DNA from: Rhodospirillales bacterium
GTDB taxonomy: Bacteria; Pseudomonadota; Alphaproteobacteria; Rhodospirillales; UBA2165
DNA: 64,000 nt
Direction of reading: 5' to 3'
NCBI GenBank assembly: GCA_046582495.1
Contig: JAYGEG010000152.1
Coordinates: forward strand, 5,949-69,948
Both the position numbers and the translations under genes were made by a program. Positions 1 to 9,443 of the stretch are shown here, piece by piece. Under the pieces are notes generated by a model that was not told where the DNA came from, searched no databases, and saw only the letters and a program-made list of their open reading frames with translations. Position 1 is the stretch's first letter, and the number at the start of each line of letters is the position of its first letter.

Positions 1-231
1 CGCGGCAGTCAGATTTCCTTCGCTCATCCGCAAGGATATGCGATCATGCAAGCATTGATAGATCGGGGCGTGGTTGGCGACTTTCGCGCTCCTGACATCT
101 TGAGATTTGGACTAACACCTTTGTATCTTTCTTACGCTGATATTTATCGAGCTGTGGAAATTATTGCAGACATCATACAAACCAAGTCTTGGGATCAACT
201 CAAATATCATGAGCGCGGGCTCGTCACCTAA
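1..231 (+). CDS. kynU: kynureninase, C-terminal fragment (5' end lies outside the window)
   Basis: Frame 1 is open from base 1 (RGSQISFAHPQGYAIMQALIDRGVVGDFRAPDILRFGLTPLY...), the conserved kynureninase C-terminus. kynA follows 31 nt downstream. Confidence 0.8.
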   Translation, partial: RGSQISFAHPQGYAIMQALIDRGVVGDFRAPDILRFGLTPLYLSYADIYRAVEIIADIIQTKSWDQLKYHERGLVT

Positions 232-262
232 ACAACTTAATTTTACCTTGGAATGCAGATAA

Positions 263-1099
263 ATGATCGACGATTTGAACAACGATAGCCCAAAAGACCT
301 ACCTGAAGGCGTTCATACAGAGTTCGACAAATCGATGAGCTATGGGGATTATCTTGATCTCACGACTCTCCTGAGTGCCCAAAATCCAATCACCCAAGAA
401 CACGATGAGCCATTATTCATCATGATCCACCATATCAGCGAATTGTGGATGAAGCTGACAATCCATGAATTGGAGGCTGCCGCGAAATGTCTTCGCGACG
501 ATAATCTACGACCTACTTTTAAAATGTTATCCCGAGTGTCAGCGATCCAGTCTCAATTGATCGAAACTTGGGGCGTGTTATCAACAATGACGCCAGCCGA
601 TTATCTAAAATTTCGAGATTCTCTTGGCCAATCTTCCGGTTTTCAATCTCATCAATATCGCCACATTGAGTTTTTCCTCGGCAATAAAAAGCCGTCGTTC
701 CTTGCGCCTCACAAACATAATAAAGAAATTATGGATATTCTGACCGATGTTTTAAACCGCCCCAGCCTCTATGATGAAACAATTCTTCTATTGGCCCGCA
801 GAGGATTTCCCATTGATCAAGAGGTCTTGGAGCGCGATTGGTCAAAATCTCATCTTGAAAACGAGTCGGTTCAATCGGCCTGGCTCGCGATATATCAAGA
901 TACCGAAAAAAACTGGGATTTATACGAACTCGCCGAAAAATTAGTCGATCTGGAAGATTCGTTCCAACGCTGGCGCTTTCGCCACCTTATTACAGTCATG
1001 CGCATTATTGGCCACAAACGAGGGACCGGCGGAACCAGCGGCGTAGACTATCTGACCAAAGCCTTGGAATATCGGTTTTTCCTGAACTTTGGAACGTGA
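263..1099 (+). CDS. kynA: tryptophan 2,3-dioxygenase
   Basis: 278 aa. Bacterial TDO-like blocks (FIMIHHISELWMKL, LGQSSGFQSHQYRHIEF, RWRFRHLITVMRIIGHKRGTGGTSG). Adjacent to kynU. Confidence 0.88.
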   Translation: MIDDLNNDSPKDLPEGVHTEFDKSMSYGDYLDLTTLLSAQNPITQEHDEPLFIMIHHISELWMKLTIHELEAAAKCLRDDNLRPTFKMLSRVSAIQSQLIETWGVLSTMTPADYLKFRDSLGQSSGFQSHQYRHIEFFLGNKKPSFLAPHKHNKEIMDILTDVLNRPSLYDETILLLARRGFPIDQEVLERDWSKSHLENESVQSAWLAIYQDTEKNWDLYELAEKLVDLEDSFQRWRFRHLITVMRIIGHKRGTGGTSGVDYLTKALEYRFFLNFGT

Positions 1100-1140
1100 G
1101 GACAGTCCTTTGAGGCCGCGGTTTAAAGCTGCCTCAAGCT

Positions 1141-1824
1141 CTATGGGGAAACGCGGGTTGGTGCATCGAGTTTAACGACCCGATCAACAAAAATGCCAGG
1201 CGTGATGATCTGTTCCGGATCAAGTTCGCCAAGCTCAACAATTTCATCCACCTGAACCACCGTGATTGCACCGGCCATCGCCATTGTCGGCGCAAAATTC
1301 CGGGCAGATTTGTCATAGATGAGATTGCCCCAGCGGTCAGCTGTCTTGGCTCTGATGAATGCGTAATCGGCATGGAGCGGCAGTTCCAGAACATAGTTTT
1401 TGCCATCAATCTCTCTGGATTCTTTGCCTTCGCCGAGCTTGGTGCCAGCTGACGTTGGCGTAAAAAATCCGCCGATCCCTGCGCCAGCAGCTCGAATGCG
1501 CTCACTGAGCGTCCCTTGAGGTACAATTTCCAACTCGATTTCACCGACAGCATAGAGGTCTTTGACCACTGCCTTTTTAGCCGCTGTCGGAAAGGAACAT
1601 ATGACTTTGATCACGCGCTTTTCCTGAATCAACTTTGCGAGCCCGTGATAGGCCTCACCTGCATTGTTTGAGATCGCCGTGAGGTTGCGTGCGCCTTGAT
1701 CGATAATTGCTTCCATCAATTCGACAGGTGCTCCGGCTTCACCGAAACCGCTTACCATCATTGTTGCCCCATCTGGAATGCCGGCGACCGCTTCTTCTAT
1801 TGTCGCCACTGTTTTGTCGATCAT
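1141..1824 (-). CDS. 3-oxoacid/glutaconate-type CoA-transferase, subunit A only
   Basis: 227 aa. Family-I CoA-transferase alpha-subunit blocks (SNNAG, PQGTLSERIRAAGAGIGGFFTPT, NFAPTMAMAG). No B-subunit ORF follows; kynA converges 41 nt away. Confidence 0.8.
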   Translation of the reverse strand: MIDKTVATIEEAVAGIPDGATMMVSGFGEAGAPVELMEAIIDQGARNLTAISNNAGEAYHGLAKLIQEKRVIKVICSFPTAAKKAVVKDLYAVGEIELEIVPQGTLSERIRAAGAGIGGFFTPTSAGTKLGEGKESREIDGKNYVLELPLHADYAFIRAKTADRWGNLIYDKSARNFAPTMAMAGAITVVQVDEIVELGELDPEQIITPGIFVDRVVKLDAPTRVSP

Positions 1825-1851
1825 TTAATCTTCCCTTGAAATCAATCTTGC

Positions 1852-2706
1852 CTAAAGCCGAATTTCGCCCAAGGATATACTCGGAGAATCTCCTGCTTGC
1901 AATGTCACATCGATGCGCTTCTCACCGATGTCTTTAGCATTGATCTCAACCGTGTAGGATGTTTCCTCCGGTGCCAATCCGTCAAACTTGAAATCACCGA
2001 AATAGTCTGTTTCCATTTTGGCAACTTCTTGGCCATTGCTAGATAAAGTCACGACGGCTCCTTCGATGCAATCCACTACACCTTCAATTTCGGTTGAGAT
2101 GCTGCCGCCAATAAAGCATTTTTGATAGCGATCGAGATTTTTATACCAAACGCGCGGCTTGGTCTTGAGTTCCGGGTGGAGTTCGCGCAAATCCTCTTCT
2201 TCAATGATTTTTTGCATTTCTGCGTCGCTGACTTTTTTGGCGACCAGTGCATTTGTCGCACAAACTTGAGAACCACGCGGCTCCTTCCAACCTTCATCTA
2301 ATAAATGAGCATCAAAGAACCAGCTTTGCGGGATGTCTTTCTCTTCGTTCCAGGTAATGGCGCCGTAGGGGCAGGCTTCAACAAGGTGGCGTTGACCTTT
2401 AGATTTTACTGGATCGATAATTACAATGCCGTCGGGGCGCTTGGTGATCGCCTCATTTTCAGCCGCTTTTATACAGGGTGCATCATCGCAGTGCTGGCAC
2501 ATCTCGGGCAGATAGGCGACATCAATCATTGGCGCTTGGCCGCGGACTTTTTGTTTTATCTCAATCCAATTTTTGCCGCGCCGGGGCATCTCTTCCGCAT
2601 AGCCTGGGAATTGATTGCCAACAAATTCATCCTGACAAGCGATAGAACACAAACTGCAATTGGTACAGTTGGCGACATCAACGATCATATTCCATTTATC
2701 GGTCAT
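1852..2706 (-). CDS. 4Fe-4S small (beta) subunit of a molybdopterin oxidoreductase, pyrogallol-transhydroxylase small-subunit-like
   Basis: 284 aa. Ferredoxin-type Cys motifs ([27 protein letters not shown]). The C-terminal ~80 aa look like a carboxypeptidase-regulatory-like beta-sandwich. Its start overlaps the alpha-subunit stop by 4 nt. Confidence 0.72.
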   Translation of the reverse strand: MTDKWNMIVDVANCTNCSLCSIACQDEFVGNQFPGYAEEMPRRGKNWIEIKQKVRGQAPMIDVAYLPEMCQHCDDAPCIKAAENEAITKRPDGIVIIDPVKSKGQRHLVEACPYGAITWNEEKDIPQSWFFDAHLLDEGWKEPRGSQVCATNALVAKKVSDAEMQKIIEEEDLRELHPELKTKPRVWYKNLDRYQKCFIGGSISTEIEGVVDCIEGAVVTLSSNGQEVAKMETDYFGDFKFDGLAPEETSYTVEINAKDIGEKRIDVTLQAGDSPSISLGEIRL

Positions 2707-5660
2707 GCCGGCACCTGATCGTTAGCTGTCCAACGCTCGACTTCAACAAGGGCCGAACTGTTGCCCATTGAATGCGCTTGTTTCAACTGACTTTTCTTTG
2801 GCGTTAAAAGATTTAAGCAGCCGCCTCGGTCAGCCGATTTTCCGGGCTCACCAATGGGATCGTAAATTGCCGAAGATTCGTAGCCATGCACAACCCCGGG
2901 TCCAACCCGATGTGTTGGAATGGCAGCGCAGATGACTGAACCTTGTTGATTGTAAACACGAATGAGATCATGGCGTTTGATACCACGACTTATCGCGTCA
3001 TCGGCATTAATCCGCAAGACCCAGTAATCATAGCCATCGATGCGCACGCGATGCTCATCAAGATTATTGATAAACGCGTCTTTGCCGTCGCCTTGGGTAT
3101 GGAAGCTAAAGCGCGCATGAGGCGTTAACATTTGCAAAGGAAAATTCTCGCTCTCTTCCGCGTTCACGACGCCATTTTGCTTCGGTATATATTTAGCAAT
3201 GACTGGACGTTCGGGATCATTTGCATCAAACCGTTTTAGGCTTTCACATTCAAACTCAAACAAGCCGCTTTGAGTTTGCAGTCCGCTCAGAAATTCTTCG
3301 GTGTAATCTGATGGCAGCGGATGCGGTTCAGGCACGTCTTTTTTGCGACCTTCATAGAACCAATTCCAAGCGGTCGGCACTTTGTCATCCGGCGGATTGG
3401 GCGGCAGAACGGCATAGCCCTTCCGAATGAATTTTTTCCAAGACATTAGTTTAGGCAGATCAGAGGAATCATATTGGCGCTTTACCCAATCGATCTCACT
3501 CATACCTTCAGAGAAATAGGCTGCCAATCCAAGGCGCTTACAAATATCCAGGAATATCTGATAGTCGGATTTCGACTCTCCCAAAGGCTCAATCGCTTTG
3601 TGCTGGAAGGTGATAACGCGGTGATTGAGTTGCATTTGCCCATGATGAGCATAACCGCCAAGCGCCGACCATTCGCTGATATCCGGGCGCTCAAAATTGG
3701 TACAGGCAGGTAAAATAACATCGGCGAATTTCGCTTCGCCCTCATTCCAAATCGACTGATTGACAACGAATTCCAGCTTGTCGGATTGGTACATTTCGAC
3801 AAAACGATTGGAGTCCGGCATTGTGCCAATCATTGAACCACCATACTTATACAACATTTTAACCAGCGAATGACCGGGCTTCGGATAGGCAAATTTGGTA
3901 AATTGGTTTTCGATGGTCGAGCCATCCCACAAATAGCCTTCAGCTTTACCTTCCAATATCGCCTCGGAAAAATGCAGGCGCGGGATCAATTGGCTAACGG
4001 TATTCATGCTCGGCAGGCTGGGCATGCGTTGATAATGCGCGACCGCTGCCGAGGTGTTTTTAAGATCGCCCGACATGCCACCATCGGCATAGCCGGGGAA
4101 ATAGAAATTGAGATCAACCGGCGTGCCATATTGCATGTTGCCGAGGCCGACACCAGGTCGACCAAGACCCTGCATCGCAGCTAAGCACACCATCATCCGC
4201 GCCCATTGGGAGCCTGTTGCATTGCGGCACGCGCCGCCATGTCCGTTTCCGCCACCGCCGCAACTGAGATAGGTTTTCGTCTTACCCCATTTGCGCGCAA
4301 GCGCCCTGATATCGCGGGCAGCGAGGCCGGTTTCTTCAGCGCCCCACTCCGGCGTTTTTTTGACACCATCTTCCTCGCCCAAAATATAGTCGCGCCACTT
4401 ATCAAAACCCTGGGTGCGATTTTCAACAAACCATTTGTCATAGAGGTCTTCGGTGATCCAGACATAGGCAATCGCAAGCGCAAGCGCCGGGCTGGTGGTT
4501 GGCTTGGGAGCCAGCCATTTTCCGCCCAGCATCTGGGCTGAATCATTGTAATAAGGATCAATGTGAACCATCTCAATCCCGACTTCTTTAAGCCATTGCC
4601 GCCGGATAGTGCCTTCCTGAGCAGAATAAGAGTTGGTGCCTTCAGGGTTCGATGACCAAAAGACCACCATTTCTGAATTTTTCAGAAGGTCTTCAACACC
4701 GCCATAGGTTTCGGTTTCACCCACTCGGAGTGTATAGCCGTAATGATGCGATGCCCCCCAATACCAGCCTTCCCAACTGTCCGGATTGTGGTGGACGCGC
4801 GTCATACCAACGGCGTTCACAAAACGATAATTGGCGCTCAAATAATATCCAATATTGCCCCAGGTGTGGTGAGAGCCGTGGCTGTTGGCAATGGCACCAG
4901 GGCCGTGCTCACGTTTTACACGTTTGATCTCACCGGCGACGATATCCAGCGCTTCATCCCAGCTAATGCGTTCATATCCCGAGATACCGCGGTTTTGGAA
5001 ATTGCGCTCTCCCTTCGGATCAAAATCAACCCGCTTTAATGGATAGAGCAGACGATCCGGCGAATAGACCATCGATTTCCAGTTTAGCGCGTGCGGCGCA
5101 ACGGTTGTTTTATGCGGCGGCTTAAAAGTTTTGCCTTTGGCCTCGATTGTCCAACCCTCGGGGTCACTTTCGTCAAAATCGATGGGCGTCATACGGATGA
5201 TTTTATCATCTTTGACATAAACGAAAAGCGGCCCGCCATTGGTCATATTGGTGTAGCGCATGACACCATTTGCCAAAGGCGTTCCGAGTTTCCAGCCAAC
5301 AGTCTGGGTCAGCAAAAGTGTTTGCGTGAACCAGCTGGTCAATTCATCCGGGCCTTCGAGATTAATATAAAAATCACGCAACGCATTGATTTGGTCGAGT
5401 TGTTTGATTGGCGGCATCAATAATTTTGCGGCGATTTGCGCATCTTTAAAGGTCAGCACAACTTCGGGGTCTGCGTGAATGCCGGCACCGGTGCGAATAC
5501 GACCATCTTTAAACTGAAACCACCTGCCAACAGCACCGTTTCTGGTACGCAATTGGGCGACAAAGTTTTGCTCTTTGAGACGCGCCTTGAACACCGGATA
5601 GCGCCACGCTGTGAACCGCAGCAACCAAGCCAAGCCATAGAGAATAATGCCAAATCTCAT
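2703..5660 (-). CDS. molybdopterin oxidoreductase large subunit (pyrogallol-phloroglucinol transhydroxylase / resorcinol hydroxylase-like) with an N-terminal membrane helix plus SCP2-like extension
   Basis: 985 aa. From about residue 125 ([24 protein letters not shown]...) it looks like a DMSO-reductase-superfamily catalytic subunit without an N-terminal Cys cluster or twin-arginine signal. Residues 1-120 are a hydrophobic helix plus an SCP2-like pattern. The start lies 18 nt after the upstream gene's stop. Confidence 0.72.
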   Translation of the reverse strand: MRFGIILYGLAWLLRFTAWRYPVFKARLKEQNFVAQLRTRNGAVGRWFQFKDGRIRTGAGIHADPEVVLTFKDAQIAAKLLMPPIKQLDQINALRDFYINLEGPDELTSWFTQTLLLTQTVGWKLGTPLANGVMRYTNMTNGGPLFVYVKDDKIIRMTPIDFDESDPEGWTIEAKGKTFKPPHKTTVAPHALNWKSMVYSPDRLLYPLKRVDFDPKGERNFQNRGISGYERISWDEALDIVAGEIKRVKREHGPGAIANSHGSHHTWGNIGYYLSANYRFVNAVGMTRVHHNPDSWEGWYWGASHHYGYTLRVGETETYGGVEDLLKNSEMVVFWSSNPEGTNSYSAQEGTIRRQWLKEVGIEMVHIDPYYNDSAQMLGGKWLAPKPTTSPALALAIAYVWITEDLYDKWFVENRTQGFDKWRDYILGEEDGVKKTPEWGAEETGLAARDIRALARKWGKTKTYLSCGGGGNGHGGACRNATGSQWARMMVCLAAMQGLGRPGVGLGNMQYGTPVDLNFYFPGYADGGMSGDLKNTSAAVAHYQRMPSLPSMNTVSQLIPRLHFSEAILEGKAEGYLWDGSTIENQFTKFAYPKPGHSLVKMLYKYGGSMIGTMPDSNRFVEMYQSDKLEFVVNQSIWNEGEAKFADVILPACTNFERPDISEWSALGGYAHHGQMQLNHRVITFQHKAIEPLGESKSDYQIFLDICKRLGLAAYFSEGMSEIDWVKRQYDSSDLPKLMSWKKFIRKGYAVLPPNPPDDKVPTAWNWFYEGRKKDVPEPHPLPSDYTEEFLSGLQTQSGLFEFECESLKRFDANDPERPVIAKYIPKQNGVVNAEESENFPLQMLTPHARFSFHTQGDGKDAFINNLDEHRVRIDGYDYWVLRINADDAISRGIKRHDLIRVYNQQGSVICAAIPTHRVGPGVVHGYESSAIYDPIGEPGKSADRGGCLNLLTPKKSQLKQAHSMGNSSALVEVERWTANDQVPA

Positions 5661-5678
5661 AATATTTCTCCGCTTAGG

Positions 5679-6677
5679 TCAACCGACGATCAAAATAATT
5701 TTGCCCATATGAGCACTGGATTCCATCAGCGTATGAGCTTCAGATGCCTGCGCAAGAGGGAAAGTTTTATAAATGTGGGGGCGCACTTTTCCGTCATCCA
5801 TCAGGCCGCCGAAATCCTTTTGGAGATTGGAAGCAATCAACGCTTTCTCTTCTGTAGATTGGGGACGCAACGTCGAGCCTGAAATGGTTATCCGATCTCG
5901 CAAAATACGGCCAAAATCTATTTCTTCTTTGCGGCCACCCAAAAAGGCAATGAGCGCGATACGGCCGTCGCGCGCCATAATACTGATTTCTTTTTGGACA
6001 TAGCCGCCGGTGACCATGTCCAAAACAACGTCGACACCGTGGCCGTCGGTAAATTCTTTGGCAACTTCACGCCAATCTTCTTCTTTATAGTTAATCGCTT
6101 TATCGGCGCCTTGATCGAGGCAAAATTGGCATTTCTCTGCCGAACCAGCCGTCGTGATCACCGTTGCTCCTTTGGCTTTGGCCAATTGGATGGCCGCTAA
6201 GCCGATCCCACTGCTGCCACCGTGAACGAGGAAATATTCGCCGGCTTTCAAGTCCGAACGCATAAAGACATTGTAGTAAACCGTATAAAAATTCTCTGGG
6301 ATTGAGGCTGCCATTTCAGCGTCATATCCTTTTGGCCAAGCCAAACAATGAGAATGCTGAACGGCAGTGTATTCGGCGTAGCCGCCACCATGGGTTAAAC
6401 CCATCGCTTTATCACCAACTTTCCAATCACCTGCGTCATCACCTACAGCCACGACTTCGCCGGCAACTTCCAATCCCGGCAGCGGGTTTGCATCCGGCGG
6501 CACGGGATAATTGCCTGTGCGTTGTGCAACATCAGGTCTATTCACGCCAACGGCTTCGTTTTTAATCAAGATTTCGTCAGCTTTGATTTCCGGCACCGGG
6601 ATAGTCACCGGCACAAGAACTTCCGGCCCGCCCGGCTCTTTGATATCAACAGCGTTCATTTCTGATGGGTATGACAT
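5679..6677 (-). CDS. NAD(P)H:quinone oxidoreductase (zeta-crystallin/PIG3-type MDR)
   Basis: 332 aa. GroES-like N-terminal domain and a Rossmann motif (VHGGSSGIGLAAIQLAKAKGA). First gene of the operon. Confidence 0.8.
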   Translation of the reverse strand: MSYPSEMNAVDIKEPGGPEVLVPVTIPVPEIKADEILIKNEAVGVNRPDVAQRTGNYPVPPDANPLPGLEVAGEVVAVGDDAGDWKVGDKAMGLTHGGGYAEYTAVQHSHCLAWPKGYDAEMAASIPENFYTVYYNVFMRSDLKAGEYFLVHGGSSGIGLAAIQLAKAKGATVITTAGSAEKCQFCLDQGADKAINYKEEDWREVAKEFTDGHGVDVVLDMVTGGYVQKEISIMARDGRIALIAFLGGRKEEIDFGRILRDRITISGSTLRPQSTEEKALIASNLQKDFGGLMDDGKVRPHIYKTFPLAQASEAHTLMESSAHMGKIILIVG

Positions 6678-6801
6678 GATTTAGTCCTCTATTCGTCTTT
6701 CGTTTAATTTGATCTTGGTTGTCGTTGATTTGGAGAAAGAATTCAATTCGAACCCATAATCTGTTCGCACATTGGACATGAGACATCTGGAAAGGGAAAG
6801 C

Positions 6802-7593
6802 TTAAATGTCGACTTTTTTTAGGCGCTTCTCTATTTCTTTGGCCGCGGATTGCATAGTTGCAAGATACCGACCGACCACCTGCTTTAGGGAAAGAGCCGA
6901 CAAAATGTAGTGTAAATTGAGACAGGCCAAGGGCTCTCCTTCATACTTGATTGGCACGGCAATAGAACCGGTTTTTGGGATTAGCCCACCTTCTCGGAGG
7001 CCATAACCGCGGCGGCGAATTTGTTGAAACTCTTTTTCGAGTTCCTTGATTTTGGACGCCGCTTCACGTTCTTTGGGTTCGGTTGAGCGGAGAACATCCA
7101 AGATAGAATCACGTTTGTGCTTGGAACTGAAGGCGAGATATGTCATTCCCATACCCGTCGCCAATATTGGTACCCGATACCCAGGATGACCGCGCCGCCC
7201 ACCATAACCGCGCTCAAGGGACAGTGGACTGGTCTGATGAGTGGTGTCGCGAATGATCATTGAATCACGATCCAACGAGCCGATACCGACAGGCCATACA
7301 ACATCGTTGCCAAGCTTTTCAAGAATGGGCGAGGCTATTTCGGTCACCCAGGCTTCATCACTGTAACCTTGACTGAGTGCACGAACTTGAATGGTAAGCT
7401 GATAGGTATCGCCATTTGGGCCTGTTGTCACATAACCAGTTTCTTTGAGAGTATTAAGAAGACGGTAGAGCGTCGGGCGCGGAATGCCGGTTTGTTTGCT
7501 CAACATGAGAACGGTAACATCGTCCTTTTCATTGAGCATTTTTAAGACGACGAGTCCCTTTTTTAAACTCTGAGTGATCCCTCGATCTGCCAT
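6802..7593 (-). CDS. IclR-family transcriptional regulator
   Basis: N-terminal wHTH (LSKQTGIPRPTLYRLLNTLKETGYV) plus an IclR effector domain. I prefer the ATG at 7593 (AGGGA 8 nt upstream) to the TTG at 7671 used by the ORF track. Confidence 0.8.
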   Translation of the reverse strand: MADRGITQSLKKGLVVLKMLNEKDDVTVLMLSKQTGIPRPTLYRLLNTLKETGYVTTGPNGDTYQLTIQVRALSQGYSDEAWVTEIASPILEKLGNDVVWPVGIGSLDRDSMIIRDTTHQTSPLSLERGYGGRRGHPGYRVPILATGMGMTYLAFSSKHKRDSILDVLRSTEPKEREAASKIKELEKEFQQIRRRGYGLREGGLIPKTGSIAVPIKYEGEPLACLNLHYILSALSLKQVVGRYLATMQSAAKEIEKRLKKVDI

Positions 7594-7742
7594 TTTGATC
7601 CCTGAATTAAATTTTTTGTATTCTAGTGCGAGTGTCAGGTCTTCGACAAACCAAGAAACGAAGGTGCGCAAGTATTTTCTATCTTATCAAGCAGTGATGG
7701 CATACTGTTCTATCAGAATTTAATTCACCTAATCGGGTAATT

Positions 7743-8276
7743 ATGAAAAATTTGATATTTGCAGTTTCAATTATTTATTTAAGTGTTCCGTCGCCTTTGT
7801 CGGCACAGAGCGGCCTGTTCGGAACCTGTACTCAAGACAGAGTCATCAAATTCATTGACGTCGGCCTCACCAAAAGTGAAATTGTCCAGCTCTGCGCGCT
7901 GCCCGCCAAAAAACAATCCACCGCTTCCAATCAACCGGTCAAAAAAACCACACAGCGCGCCCAGAAAAAACTAAGAGGCAATTTGGCCGTCTTAAATGGC
8001 GTTTGGATGATGGATATAGTGTGTGACCCGTAGGCGGCGGCCTCAAATAATATCATCGTGAAAAATGGAAATATTTCCGGTGCCTTGGACGATGGACAAG
8101 CCATAAAAGGCAGCATTTCAAAAGATGGCACAATTGAAGCTTACGCAACGAGCTCCCAAGCATTTGGCGAGATGAACGGTAAAGTCACCGATTGGAAAAG
8201 CGGCAAAGGCTCCGGCACCGTAACCGTTGGCGGCGGAGCGGATTGTGAAGGCACGTGGACGATGAAACGGAAGTAG
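7743..8276 (+). pseudogene. small secreted protein reading frame interrupted by one in-frame TAG (8031..8033)
   Basis: ORFs 7743..8033 and 8058..8276 share one frame, with only a TAG between them. The N-terminus is a signal peptide (MKNLIFAVSIIYLSVPSPLSA). The sequence reads coherently across the stop. Confidence 0.45.
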
Positions 8277-8285
8277 GGGGATTAG

Positions 8286-9434
8286 CTAATTCCCGTCCGC
8301 GGCACCAGGGCCGATCTGAACGTCTCTGTGGACGTAGACGCAGAGTAGCAATCCAAAACTAAACATCAAGGTCAGCATCGCGGTGCCGCCGTAAGAGATC
8401 AACGGCAGCGGCATGCCGACAACCGGCAAAAGCCCCATCACCATCGCGATATTGACAAATATATTGAGGAAAAACGAGGTTGTGACACCCATGCCGATCA
8501 GGCGGCCAAACTGGCTGCGGCAGCGAAGTGAAATCGCGAAGCCATAAATCAGCAGCATAACATAAAGACCAATGAGAACCAGTCCGCCGACCAGGCCAAA
8601 CTCTTCGGCCATCATGGTAAAAATAAAATCGGTCTGCTTTTCCGGCAAGAAACTGAGATGACTTTGAGAACCCTCCTGGAAGCCTTTGCCGAACATGCCG
8701 CCAGAGCCCAAGGCAATCTTAGATTGAAGTATATGATAGCCCGCCCCTAAAGGATCTTTCTCAGGATCGAGAAAGGTTAAAAGGCGCTGTTTCTGATAAT
8801 CCAGCAAAACAAAATTCCACAGTGGAATTACCGCTGCTATCGTTGCCAAGGCACCTATGACAAACACCCAAATTCGAACGCCAGCTAAGAACAGCATCGC
8901 AATCCCTGTCGCAACCATCAAAATAGTGGTACCCAGATCAGGTTGCCGCATGATTAGAAATGCGGGTACCGCGATTAGAATAAGCGGCACTATAACGTGT
9001 GAAATGCGCCCGACATCTTCCAATCGCGCTGCATAGAAATACCGCGCGAGCAGCAGAATAATCGAGATCTTCATTATTTCAGAAGGCTGGATTGTGAAGA
9101 CGCCGAGATCAATCCAGCGCTGTGCTCCCATGCCGATTGAGCCACTAAATTCAACAACGACCAACAAAGCAAGTGAAACGGCGTAAATAGCATAGGCGTA
9201 GCGCAGCCAGACATGAATATCGATGACCGCAACCATCAACATTAGGAACAAGCCCGCAGCGAAGCGGATCATTTGGCGCGATGCCCAAGGATCAAAATTC
9301 CCATTGGCGGCAGAATAGAGCATGCCAAATCCGATCGAAGCCGTAATACCAACCAACAGGACAAAAAACCAATTGATTTGCCATAGCCGCTGACCAAGGC
9401 TCATATCGGATTGACGAAACGGAGACAACGCCAT
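8286..9434 (-). CDS. rodA: rod shape-determining protein RodA (SEDS family)
   Basis: 382 aa polytopic membrane protein with FtsW/RodA blocks (PSEIMKI, QPDLGT, LPEKQTDFIF, PLPLISYGGT). Lies downstream of mrdA. Confidence 0.9.
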   Translation of the reverse strand: MALSPFRQSDMSLGQRLWQINWFFVLLVGITASIGFGMLYSAANGNFDPWASRQMIRFAAGLFLMLMVAVIDIHVWLRYAYAIYAVSLALLVVVEFSGSIGMGAQRWIDLGVFTIQPSEIMKISIILLLARYFYAARLEDVGRISHVIVPLILIAVPAFLIMRQPDLGTTILMVATGIAMLFLAGVRIWVFVIGALATIAAVIPLWNFVLLDYQKQRLLTFLDPEKDPLGAGYHILQSKIALGSGGMFGKGFQEGSQSHLSFLPEKQTDFIFTMMAEEFGLVGGLVLIGLYVMLLIYGFAISLRCRSQFGRLIGMGVTTSFFLNIFVNIAMVMGLLPVVGMPLPLISYGGTAMLTLMFSFGLLLCVYVHRDVQIGPGAADGN

Positions 9435-9443
9435 GATTTTCGC

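Noticed and set aside
1110-1137. Hairpin ttgaggc-N14-gcctcaa between the convergent kynA and CoA-transferase genes, as a bidirectional terminator.
   Set aside because: The stem is 7 bp with a 14-nt loop and has no flanking T or A tracts. It is plausible but too weak to call.
1134-1553. 139-aa ORF overlapping the CoA-transferase gene on the same strand in another frame.
   Set aside because: It lies entirely within the well-supported CoA-transferase CDS and its translation has no domain-like features.
7783-7974. 63-aa alternative-frame ORF inside the secreted-protein gene.
   Set aside because: It overlaps the signal-peptide-bearing frame. Its translation is Ser/Pro/Lys-rich with no start context.
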